NCBI RefSeq assembly: GCF_036588685.1
Contig: NC_086377.1
Span: 32,798,001-32,862,000 of the forward strand
Direction of reading: 5' to 3'
From: Mytilus trossulus
Taxonomy: Eukaryota
Length of the DNA stretch: 64,000 nucleotides
The translations under genes and the position numbers were made by a program. The notes beneath the pieces were generated by a model, which was not told the DNA's origin, made no database searches, and saw only the letters and a list, made by a program, of their open reading frames with translations. Positions 51,294-63,583 of this stretch are shown one piece after another (the first letter of the stretch is position 1; the number at the start of each line of letters is the position of its first letter).

Positions 51294-51905
51294 AAATAAT
51301 TGATTGGGGCTTGAATGTATCGTGATTTTACCACGGGTTAGCCCTTTAAGCCAAATATTTTACCTTGAGCAATAGCGAGGGGTACAATATCGGCATAAAG
51401 GGAAAACCCGTGGTAAAATCTAGATATATTCAAGCCCCCATGAATTATTTCGATTCTAATAGGACAAATACGGCAGTTCCTTTGAATAGAAGCGCTCTAA
51501 GTGGAGGCAAATATTTGCCGTTCCCATAAATTAACGCACTTTTTGATTGGCGCAAAAGAACGCAACAAACAGAGTTAGTGACATGCTCAAACTATTTACA
51601 ATAACGTTTAAAGATAGATTTGGATGAATTTTAATGATAATTTACTTAAATGTCTTCTATGTATAAAATAATAACTTTATACCACATTTTAGCATCCTTT
51701 ATTTTCGTTTCCTTGTGATGATTTTCGATTTCAGAATCGTGTATTTTCGCGTAATATGCTTAAATTATTACGTCATCATTCTATGACGTCGGGTACTTTA
51801 TTCATAAAAAACATATCACGTGGGAGTATGATCGGAACAGCCAATGAAATATATTTATATTTTACCACGGTGTTTACTCAAAGCGTTCGAAGGACGTCAT
51901 GTTAG
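51294..51905. mobile_element. Foldback-type repeat (long inverted repeat at 51294-51450 plus tail)
   Basis: ggggcttgaat...ttttaccacgggtt...ccttta / taaaggg...aacccgtggtaaaat...attcaagcccc. One arm recurs at 46126-46182. Confidence 0.7.
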
Positions 51906-52488
51906 AATTGTTCGTATCATTTAATAATGTTTCTATTGACTAATTTAACCCTTTTCTGAACCATTTATCGTTTGATATAAAAAATGTTGACATACTAAAA
52001 AATATTCACGCCTTCACTTTGAAGGCACATGTAAAATATCAATATTTCTTCTACTTTCTATTGTATAACTGATTAAATCGGATATATTATAAGGATGCAG
52101 TCAATGAAAAGTTACTTATTAGTGATATGACATATACAAGGTAATTTTGAATTATATTTTTTTTTGAAAAGTTTAAGATTCTTATTCGTTTTGTTTTCAG
52201 TCTCTTTGTTCATGTTATTGTGTATAAACACTTCTTCGTGTGAGTTCACAACAAATGTTTCAGTAAGAGAGGAAATAATTACCTTTTAATTGAAAAACGA
52301 CTGTGTGTGAAAATATCATTCAACAAAACTAAACTGCAACGACTTTAAAATGGTTTGAAACTCGCAATGAGGCAACATGTTCAAGGTATCACGGTGACTT
52401 TAGAGCTGTTATATCATTTAAACGATGTTTCCACTGCTAACTGTATTTATATAATCGTATGCAATTTCTATATTTGTTCTAATTGAAG

Positions 52489-52644
52489 GGTTGACGACGA
52501 CAAACAGACGGAATACGTCCCCAACTACAACAATCTTATCTGTGAACACGAAAACAATTTATTCGTTCATTTCAAACGCAGCATCCTTACAATCAACACA
52601 TATTCCTACAGTGATACCCTCGAATACATCTCATCCAATCTTTA
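52489..52644 (+). CDS. Receptor Ser/Thr-rich stalk exon
   Basis: aag acceptor and gtaaga donor, 156 nt, phase 1-1. LTTTNRRNTSPTTTILS...PSNTSHPIF. Confidence 0.75.
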
Positions 52645-53250
52645 GTAAGATATATATAGCCATAACGAGAAAAAACAAATAATAATAATAGTTTGTCATT
52701 GCAGTTTTCTTACACCAAGGAATAAGAAATCAAAAAATCAAATCGTGTATTCAAAAGGTTAAATAATACACCCTTCAACAAAAAAATAAATAAAATAAAA
52801 CAAATAGTTGTGATGTATTAAATACTGACAGTCATCATTATCTACATCTTTAATATTTGAAAACTGGTTTTATAGCTGGCTAAATCTCTCACTTATATGA
52901 CAGTCGTATCAAATTACATAATAAGGACAACGATATGTGACCAAAACAAACAGCCATTATGGGTAAAAATATAAATAATACAGAAGTAAACATTGCGTTA
53001 TAATCGTAATTACAAAAAAACCCATACAAACATGTAAAGGGTCCAAAAATTTACTAGAGTAAAATTATTAACGAAAATAAAAAAACAAAACACGATCAAG
53101 TTAGCGGAAGAGGTAAAAGTACATACTATGGTAATATTAAAGCAGTTATTCATGCGCACAAATGGTCTCCGTACACATATGTATGGATCGTGAAAACAGA
53201 CACAATGACCATGAACATTAAAACAGTAAATACATATTAAATAATAGTAT

Positions 53251-53393
53251 ACACCTATTGACTGGGTGTGAGGGTAATATCAAGTTTGTTGTCCCTGAGA
53301 TACCAACTATTGCTCGAGGCAAAGCCGAAAATAATAGTTGGTATGCGAAGGGACAACAAACTTGCTATTACCGCACAACCAGTCATTAGGTGT
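53251..53393. repeat. Long inverted repeat (foldback element head)
   Basis: acacctattgactgg...caagtttgttgtccct...ataccaactatt / aatagttggtat...agggacaacaaacttg...ccagtcattaggtgt, with a central ggc-aaa-gcc. Confidence 0.75.
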
Positions 53394-54251
53394 TTTATTA
53401 TACTGAACAACAGTCATTAAGTGTTTTTATATACCAAATTAACTAATTTTCTAAAAGTGTAAATATATCACCTGAAAGAAAAATGTCACATAACTTGACC
53501 TGCATAAGATGAACTATACGTCTTTTTTTAATAGTATTTCATGTATTTATTAATATTTCATTAATTGCAATTTTAGACTAGAAATACTTGTGTTAAAATT
53601 TACTTGCATATGATAAATTCACGCTAAAGTACACCAAAGGTAAATTCACTTCTAGAATATGACGACAAGACCAATATTATGAATAGGTACTATATTTTAG
53701 GGGTTTACACAATGTGCACAAATATTTTCTCTCTTTTATATTTGCTTCTTGTAAATGAAATTACAATCGACACAAACAGATTGTACCGTTTACAATTATA
53801 TTAGAGTTTGACGTTGCCAAGCAAAATAGTCAATGACATCATTATTGTCAAATGAAAAATAAGCACAAAAAGTACCGGAAAGATGATTATGAAACTATTA
53901 ACCGGGGAAATAGTCTTTGAGACTATTGACTGGCAAATAGTCTGTAGAATGAAATAGCACAACTATTCATTATTTTCTATATAGAAAAAAAACATACTGA
54001 GGTATAATGATATCTATTACTGCGTTAATGAGTGCTGAGAGTATTTATGTCGTTTTTTTTAACATGACGTCCTACATCGATATAACATTTGATAAAACAG
54101 AAGACTGCACCAGATGTTTACAGTAGGATCAAAAGGAAACACAATTAAAACATTCTTGTTTCGTCCTTTAATATATAGATATCTTTAATAATATACGATA
54201 TGAATATGATTAAAATAATACAAAATAGCTATTTAATTGCATATTTTTCAG

Positions 54252-54327
54252 CTGGAGCTGTTGCAGGAGGAGTTGTTACTGTAATAATAATAATAATATT
54301 TCTCCCTGTTGGAGTTCTGTTGTACAG
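54252..54327 (+). CDS. Receptor transmembrane exon
   Basis: tttttcag acceptor and gtaaaa donor, 76 nt, phase 1-2. GAVAGGVVTVIIIIIFLPVGVLLYR. Confidence 0.85.
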
Positions 54328-55357
54328 GTAAAATTGTGTTATAAACATTACTTTTTTAAACATACTAATATATGTGCAAATTCTTAAGTTCCTGTTTTAG
54401 TTTTTTTTTTAATAATTTATTCGTTATTTTCATGGTTGATTTTTATATTATAATTTCATTGTGTAAAGCCAAAGGATCTGAATTTAAGCTAAATGCAAAA
54501 TCAAATCGTTCAGAGTGTCAATATAAGAAAGATTTTTTTTAAGGTTAAGAGACTTGAATATTGTGCAACCAACAACCATGAGTCGAACATGGTCGAAATT
54601 CATCCATAATAGAAAGAACGCAACCGCAAAAATAAAACACCATTCACCAAACACGTGTAATACTTACCCAATTGAATACGTGTAACTTGAGAAAGTTTTA
54701 CATTATAACATAACGGCTGAAATTATCGCGTTAAAATCTCCACGAGTCTCAGTCATCTGCTTTTTAAAAAATATGATATATGTAGCATTTATTCTTCTAG
54801 TAATCTTGTGAAATATAAAATTTATAATCGTGGAGAATGTTTTGTAATTTTTGATTGCGACAAATTGTAGGAGAATATATTATTCCACATTATTATGGTT
54901 TAGAATAGTATAATAGTTATGCAATTATTCACAACTTAAAAAATGGAGACTTATGATATTGTTATATGCATATAACGTCTATCATATGTAAGTTTAAGTA
55001 AGGTATGCAAATCATTTAATAATTATAATTTTACAGTGGAGCGATTATTCTGTTTTTACGGTTATTTTCATGTTCATATGAAGACATTTAATTTTAATGA
55101 TAAAACTAAACTCAGCGAACCCCTTATCCGTTTACATATTTCAACAAGATATGTTTTCCAAGAAAAAGTTATAATCAGTAGTTTCTTATAAAAAAAAAAA
55201 CCATTCATTCTGCATTATTATGTACATTTCACAAACTTCCTTATGTTTTGATTTTCAATGGTGTTTTGCACATATCTGTAAAAAGTACTTTTGGTTGCTA
55301 TCAAATAACTCACTCAATAAGAAATAATTCACCATCGAACAACGTTCAATTTTACAG

Positions 55358-55856
55358 ACGAAGAAACAATGATCACACCAAAAGCCCACAAAAACAGTTT
55401 GTTACACGGCCAAACCCAGCTCATGAATCCGACATTGATGTAGGAACAGATGGTTACCCATATAATAACAAAGACAGTTCATTATATCACAATTATTTTG
55501 AAGTACAAAATGATCAGGATATTGTCACACCAACACATATTTATATTAACACAGATAACATAACGTATGACTATGCAAGTGAAATTGGTCCTTTTAAAGA
55601 AGACGATACGAAAAAAGGAGATATGGGCAATCAGCAATTAGAGGAGGTTGACTTTAATACGTATTCTCATTTGCAAGACACTTTCAACGATTCCGATGAG
55701 AATACTTACAATCATACAAGTCATGCCAGAGTCCAAAACATACCAGAGAACGATTACTCTGTGTCCCGATGTCAAATGTCAGACGATGATTATGACGTGT
55801 CTGGAAATCATTATCGTGGTAATCTCAAAAATGGATCTGAGAATATCTATAACTAA
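55358..55856 (+). CDS. Receptor cytoplasmic tail exon (tyrosine-rich), terminal
   Basis: ttttacag acceptor, phase 2, RRRNN stop-transfer. In frame with ORF 55248..55856. aataaa near 55975. Confidence 0.85.
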
Positions 55857-56231
55857 CACTCTTATGAAATTTTTCAGAAAAGTGAATTTTTACTGATTGC
55901 CATTTGTATATAATAATAATTTAAGCAGTCATGAACTGAGAAATCATTCTGTTATGCGGATGGTGCTTTTGTGTAATAAACTATTATTTTAGGATAATTT
56001 TTGTGCTCAAATACATAAAAATGACCAGGAAGAAGATTTTCTGAATTTATACACGATTATCAGATTATATGTCGTGTAATTTATCATAATCATTTGTATT
56101 GAAATATTATTATTGTCTCGATTATATGTCAGATATGATAACAAACTTCCTTGTATATTGCGTTATCATCATATGATCACATGGATGTTCACCTACTTTT
56201 TCTATATCATTCTTTTTTTATCGGATAGATA

Positions 56232-56501
56232 AAGTAAGATGTGGTGTGCGTGCCAATGAGAATACCCTCCATCCAAAAAACAATTTAAAAAAATAAATAA
56301 AGTTAACAATTATTTTCGGCCTTCTAGTGTAAAACCATTCAAACGGGAAAACCAACGGTCTAATCTATATAATAAAACGAGAAACGAGAAGCACGTATAC
56401 ATTACATAAACAAACGACAACTACTGTACATCAGATTTCTGACTTAGGACAGGTGCAAACATTTGTAGCGGGGTCAAACGTTTTAATGGATCAAAACCTT
56501 C
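56232..56501 (-). mobile_element. Family C short repeat with a twister-like motif (56431-56501), 5'-truncated
   Basis: GAAGG UUU UGAUCCA UU AAAACGUU UGA CCCC GC UACAA-AUGU-UUGCA CCUG UCCUAAGU CAGA AAUCUGA. Ends in the ...cattggcacgcacaccacatctt terminus. Confidence 0.7.
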
Positions 56502-59500
56502 AACGATTCAAACGGATATTCAAGATTTGTTCGTGACATTTGACATAACAGCATTTATTGTGAGATCCCTAGGTGAAATCGACAATATTCTTCACAATCT
56601 CAACAATTGTATTCCACTACTCATTATAAATAGTGATTTGTACATTTATCATGTTTATAAATTCAATATATTATGAATGGTAACTCCGTGATTAATATTG
56701 CTACTCGCCGATTCTCGCACGGATAGGTATTTACGAAAATGCAACTATTTCTTTGGTTGCACATCTTACGTATTTTTGAAATGAAAGTAGATGTTTAACC
56801 CTTGATATTGATATCTAGGACTATATGATACAACATAATTATACATCATAATTCTAAGTTCATGTCCTCAAATTACGTATTGATCAAAAATTGATAAATA
56901 CCTTGAAAAATTATTAAAATTTAAACAAGGTCAAAACAGTACTTGCTTATCGTAAAGAAAGAACATCGTATTAGTTAGAAAGAGGTGACGATAAGAACGT
57001 ACTGATGCAACACACGAATTATTGTCTTGTCTCCTTTTTATGGACCGAGCTGGTTTCACAGTTTTGTTACGTAACAACCAGTTTGCGGACGAGAATATTT
57101 GTTCTGACGGTTCAAGTTGTAGAGAATTGTTAAGTTGTGTTTAACCAAAAAATGTAACCCTTGAGTCAACATTCAGGCAGTTATAACACACAATCTCTTT
57201 CGTTTAAAATCTTAAATTCAATCTATAAAATATTTGCTTAATACAATCTTGAAAATGCGTACATATATGAAAGTATAAAGAGTAAAAGTCCCTTTTCTCA
57301 TGAAATAGTTTTTACAGATTATTTTCGATTTTCCTTTTTCCTTGTTATGGTATTCCTTATTTAACTTAATAATTGAAATTTTTTTCAATTATATTGAATG
57401 CACCTATCACATTTAACCCAAAACGAAGACTACTACAGAAACAGTCTAGTTCGTCTCCTATCCTAACATATAAAGAGACTGTTATGATCTAATTTTGTGT
57501 AAAAGACAGTAAATTTCAGCTTCCAGTTTCGAAACTGTCCAGTAATATCTTGCAAGAACATGACGTCATATAAATAAAATCTTACAAACTGATGGTGTTT
57601 AAGCTACCTCAACGATTCCAAAACAATTGGATACATTTAGATAACAATTTGTAACTTGAGATTGGCTTGTTTTATTTTGGATAATATTGTAGTAATCTTA
57701 CATTTTTTGAAATTCAAAATGGCGGGACCCTCCTAAGTTACGTCAAGTCAACTGTGGATTTGACTGCAAATTGTAGCCAATGAAAACCACTCTCACATGA
57801 ACATTGCACTAAAAAGTACAATTAACCGGTAGTTGTATCGAACTTGTGCTAGAGAAATGAAATATGCATAGACTTGTAACGTTTTTATGGTTTAAAACTT
57901 CATTTTGAAAGCTCATAAAAACAAAAGAAAAACCATTGACGTAGAACTAGCAGAACAAGTGTTATTTAAAAGCTATTTATATATAGTATATGGCTGTTTG
58001 GAATTCTTCAATCGATTGAGAAAAAAACCAAATCTTGTTTACAAAGTAAAACAGAGGGAAACACATCAAATGTAAAAGAACAACGACACAACTGAAACAC
58101 AACATAAAAGAACAAAGTAAGTGTGTCGTATCATGCATTTAACAAACTATTGCTAGATCACACTAAGATGATTAACTATTGCTTAAATAAATTATGATAA
58201 ACACTGTTGACTAGATTTGCATGGTCTTTTATGTTTTATATAGTAATGTAGAATACCCTACAAAAAGTACAAGTACGACTAGCGCACATACATGACAAAT
58301 CTTGAAAGTAAACTAAACTGATCGCCATGATATAGTCAAGTTTACTGAAAGAGTCATTAAATAAAAATAAAAAACCCACCCTAGGATGCATACAATTCCA
58401 AACTGTACATAAGATCACTTTCAATGTCGTTCTCGTGTTAATTTTCTTTAAAACATGTACTGTTAACCCCGGCTAACCATACCGTCATATATCAATGTTA
58501 TCAGCAAGTATTGTATATGACCGTGACATATATTAGGATTAGAATTACATTTCGAAAGATGTATGTATCGATATACAACTTTAGCATTTTTATATTGTTT
58601 AAAGTTTAATATTTTGATCTTGGTTTAATATTTTTGATTAATAATTTGACACTCTAGTATTATTTGATGTTACATAGTTTTACATATATTCTCAATTTGG
58701 CCGTTGTTTTGATGAATTTGACGTACAGTAAAGATGTATTCACATTCTGTTTTTTTTTATGAAACTGTCTACTAATATTTGTACTTGACACTGTCCAAAA
58801 GTGGAATTTCCATTTTCTGAAAAGTAGATTTTACAATAACTGAAATTATAAATTATATTGTAACAAATACAAATGTAATTAAATTAATCAACTGTCCAAT
58901 TTGTTTTCTTCCTGTATAAATATTGAAGGATGTGACAACAATCAGTTTTATTCTAATTTTTCCTGGTGTTTTGGTACATTAGTTAATTTGTCAAATAGAT
59001 TCATGAGTGGTTCTCGTATCTCCTTTTGATATAGATTAAACCAATGGTTTTTTTCCGTTTGCATGGTTTTACAATTAGTAAGTTGTGGGACCCTTTATAG
59101 CTTGCTGTTTGGTGTGAGCCAATGCTTTGTTTAATTTAAAAGTATATTTTCTTATTATTTGGAGTGAATATTACTATCAGTTCAACAAAGGTCCTCCCGT
59201 GCATTTATTGAACCACGGACGGGTCGAAACAAAACCTTAAAAAGTTTCGATTGACCGGTTTTCCGTTGTTGCTTTCCAACATTTTTTTGTATGGTGTATG
59301 AAAAATCTTTCTTGATTGTTTTCCATTTCAAAAGAATTTCGTTTCGCTACAGTAGTGCAAAATGATCTGTATCACTTGCCATACGAAGACGCAGTCAATA
59401 AAAAAATCTCACAATCGGGGATAAAAACCCAGCAAAATTGGTCAAAATTACAGGTTAATCAAATATGACATCGACGAATTTGTTATACTATCGATATTGG

Positions 59501-60617
59501 TTTGTAAAGTTATACTTCAAAATGGAAAAAAAGATAGTTGAAAAGAACCAAAAGGACATTCAAAATTATTTTTCGAAAATAAACTGACAAAGATTTGGGT
59601 AGAAAATAAAAACAGACCAACAGACAAACCATATAACGACGAATCACTGACAAGATATGTATCAGTAAAAACAACGCATACAAAAATTAAACTATTAACA
59701 TATACGTTTTTATTTAGCATTTACAGTTTTCAATAAAAATATCTTGATAACAAGGTTATTGTTTGATATTCTTCCTTGTTTATATTCAGTTTGATTATAT
59801 TATTGGATGCGACCTAATTATTGTTTCCGATCTGTTATTAATCGTTTAGATTGTTCTGAATGAAACAATTAATTTTGATTTTGATTAAATAAACATTGGT
59901 GCAAAATGTATATAATAAGTTTCTCGTGTTTGTTGTGTCTCACAAGTGTAAGGATAGTTCATGCATCTAACGGTGTGTATATATGTAAAGTTGTTCAATT
60001 ATTCTTGAAATCGTTATGTATAAGGTAATCGTAAGATAGTTTTCGAAAGTACTGAAAAACCTTATAGATTGTATGGAGCTGTTTCGTTACAGAAAATAAC
60101 ATATAATACAAATAGTTTTCATATAATTCGTATTCATTCTTTTGTATATTTTAGTTTCACTTTAATTTGTTGCTGTTACTATTTTCATCTTTGACACATA
60201 ACGTTACTTCATATTTTGTCCCTTTTTTGCAAAAAATACTTTTTACGTTGTTTTATGTCTCACAACTTTATGGATAATTGGTGCATATGGCAGTCTGGTT
60301 ATATTCATTATGTTTCAATTTTCGAATTATTTCAGATTATTAAGATGTTTAAAATTTCTCGTTAAAAGATAGTTGATAATCATTAAATATATTTTGTAGT
60401 TATTGCCGTTACCGTTAATAGTTTTGAATATACAAATATACATTTTATTTGTAATATCTTTTTCATTTTTGAATAAATGATAATGCAATTCATGGTTCAT
60501 TCTAAACATTTATTTTAATGTGGTCCTCAATTGTAAACATATACACATTTGTAACTACATTATTTGTCTTTTGTTTAGGTTAAGGGATTAAAAGCACAAA
60601 TTTTTCATTTATTTTAG

Positions 60618-60845
60618 GAGAAAGCTGTCTCTTTATTGACAAACAACATGCATCAACTACAAAAAACTATATTGATAGGATTTTGTCGGCAAAAACGCAA
60701 CACTGTAAATCACATGGATCTGCAAGCAATTCTACAGGACCAGTGCAAATGAATTATGAAGTCAATTCCAATTGTTATGTAACTTTCGAACGAATTTGTC
60801 GACAAAACATATATAAATACAGAAGCATAAGATTTCAGTGTAAGA
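60618..60845 (+). CDS. Probable exon of a tandem paralog (divergent SUEL-like domain 1)
   Basis: attttag acceptor and gtaagt donor, 228 nt open, phase 1-1. Ends NCYVTFERICRQNIYKYRSIRFQCK. Confidence 0.55.
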
Positions 60846-61789
60846 GTAAGTAATTTTACATACAAAATGTCCTTGTATGTTTTACTTGATCCCCTATCCA
60901 AAATATGTTTTAAAAGAAATTCATTATGATTGGTCGCGTATGAATCTCACGATTAGTTTCTTTATAATGTGTTGAATCTAGACTTGCAGAAAATAGAAAA
61001 ATAAATATTTAATTACTGAACTCCAAGAGAAATTCAAATTGGAAAGATCTTATTAAATGACAAAATCAAAATGCTTAAACACACGAACTCCAAAGGAACG
61101 TCACTTCCGGTGAATATAAAATATTAAACTCGGTAAAATTTAATGGGCCCGAATTTTCGGAACGGCCGATTTACATTAAATAGAAAATCTGGTCTGTCAA
61201 ACTTATCGAGTTTTTAATTTTATTCTTGTTGGAAGTGACTTATTTTGCAATTGGCAGCTGTGGGATGTCATGTTGAAAGCAAAATAAATATGTGTCCACC
61301 TCAAATGTAATCGTACCTTATTTTATGATTTCTTTTGGATATTTCTGGAAATATTCTGCACCAATAAGCACAACGGGTAGGACTATGTAAAAATGTCTAG
61401 CCGGCAATTAAAATTTCATGTGAAAATTAAGTCGCAAAGTCCCCCCTAAAATTTGCTCTCAAAGTCCAGACGTACAAAATGGCTTCAGCGATATGACGTC
61501 GTATGAAAGCGTCCCAGAACAAATTTAAAATAGCCTTGCCATACGTCATAATTATTTGGACTACATGAATGTTAAAAGGAAACTTTGGACTATTTCAAAA
61601 TCTCAATGGTATGTCAAAACGATAAACGCATGATTTTAAATTAAATCTTACAATGTTTTATTTAAAATTATATTTCCAAGCATGTTTTCCTGTTTGAAAA
61701 ACATTGGAAAACCCATACTTAAAGTATTGTTTGGAGTCATAATCAGCTTGTTAAAATTTCTTATTATAAATTAACGGTAAACAACAATT

Positions 61790-62010
61790 GAAATTTTTGA
61801 AATACTAAGGCTTTTCTACCTCAGGAATAGATCTGTATTTGACAATTCTTTAAGGATTTTTTTGGGTCCTCAATGCTCTACAACTTCGTACTTAATTTGG
61901 CCTTTTTGATATTTTGTATTCGAGCGTGACTGATGAGTCTTTTGTAGACGAAACGCGAATCTGGCGAACATATAAAATTTCAATCCTGGTATCTATGATG
62001 AGTTTATTTA
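61790..62010 (+). mobile_element. Hammerhead-bearing repeat (retrozyme-like fragment)
   Basis: Reverse-complement homolog of 6150-6327. Confidence 0.75.
61922..61967 (+). ncRNA. Minimal type I hammerhead ribozyme (stem III mutated)
   Basis: GAGCGUGA CUGAUGA GUCU-UUUGU-AGAC GAAA CGCGAA UC UGGCGA: perfect stem II and core boxes. Confidence 0.7.
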
Positions 62011-62699
62011 ATATATGGTTTAAACCGTTTGAAATTTGTGGGTGTTTTCTTAGATGACATTCATTGTACTGGTATACTAAGCCTAATAAATGCAAAGTTA
62101 ACTGATGAAAATGTCCTTGTAATAAAATAAGAACACTGTGACCTTATTTCATCATATCGAAATTCTGATAGCGGATTTGCTCATAATATAAAAAAACACA
62201 GAACAGACAAATAAAATTTGCCAAAACAATGATCGGATCAAACACACGATTTTTGTCATAACCCTATAAATGTATAGTTTGCATTGAGTGTGAGTTAACG
62301 GAAACCGGAATGAAACAAGAACACAATGTCACAAGAAATCCATTATATAGAGGTCAAAATATGGTCTTTAATAGTAGACATGCAGTATGTCAAACTCTAA
62401 TCCGTCTTTTGTCTTACACATTGTGATGATATTCTACAAAAACAATTAAAGATCTGCCATTCACATCAAATTCTGCATATGTAACACACAGTTAAGAGAA
62501 AACAAATGGCAACATCTGAAGGTTCCTCAATTGAAACAAGCGTTTGAACATGTGCCGCAAGGATATTATTTCTTAAAATATGATCCTAGCCGTATTTGAA
62601 CTGGAGTAGTGGCAAACAAATTTGAATGGTACTTTACAGAAATATTATATTTTTTAGTACTTGAGATAGAGCTCTTCTTCATATTATATATATTAACGA

Positions 62700-63078
62700 T
62701 AAAAGAGGATAAAAAATACAAGAAAGGCAATTATACTCATTGATTAAAAACAAACTGACAATGCCAACGTTAAAAAAAAGAAAAATCTCGAATAGACAAA
62801 TAATAATACACAAGACAAGAAAACTACAGGAACCCCACAAAAAAATGGGTGTAATATCAGGGGCTCCATAAGGGTAAGCAGATTCTGCTCCACATGTGGC
62901 ATCCGTCATGTTCCTCATGTTCTTACAAGCTCGGTCAATAGTTTAATTCGGTAGGACACATTCGTGAAAAGGAAACAGGTAGTTACGACATATTCAATAT
63001 CATCTATGAAACGGATATTCCATTACGGTCAACAAACTCGTGATGGCGTCAGTACTATTTACGGTGGGAAGATTTCAA
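62700..63078 (-). mobile_element. 3' end of a second Penelope-like family (decayed RT C-terminus and 3' region)
   Basis: LKSSHRK*Y*RHHEFVDRNGISVS*M aligns with the KLVKTF..KFYHQY region of the 22237 RT. The tail is shared with 47390-47580. Confidence 0.65.
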
Positions 63079-63367
63079 CATGTTCAACTTTTCCTAAGTT
63101 TTAGAGTAAATATTGATTTCAAATTCAAATTGGAAAGATCTTATTAAATGGCAAAATCAAAAGCTTAAACACACGAACTCCAAAGGAAGATTTCAATATG
63201 TTAAACTTTTCCTGAGTTTTAGAGTAAATATTGATTTCAAATACAATTTATTATCAATGATGACCTGGAATACTTGACGAAAAATAAAACAAAGATAGCC
63301 TCTCTTCTTCTTTTTTTAAAAACGTAAAAATTCCCGAAAAAAATGTTTTTGTAATTATTTTTTGTAG

Positions 63368-63583
63368 GCTGTTCGTCAATAGAAGATGGTACAACAGTTG
63401 CAATCACTTGCCCATATGACCACTATGTTAATAATGAAGATGGACAAAATGGTGACAGTAGTATTTCAGATTTCACATTTTCTGAAATATTTAACCACAA
63501 CGCTTGTAAAAAATCGATGATATGCCACATTCGAACAAGAAAAGATAATATGCAAAAATCAAATATGAATTGGCTTTGTGAAG
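63368..63583 (+). CDS. Probable exon of the tandem paralog (SUEL-like domain 2)
   Basis: ttttgtag acceptor and gtttgt donor, 216 nt open, phase 1-1. CSSIEDGTTVAITC...ACKKSMICHI...NWLCE parallels exon 50454-50678. Confidence 0.7.

Noticed and set aside
55248-55357. N-terminal part of the 202-aa ORF as a standalone gene
   Set aside because: It lies upstream of a good acceptor at 55357 and is read-through intron sequence.
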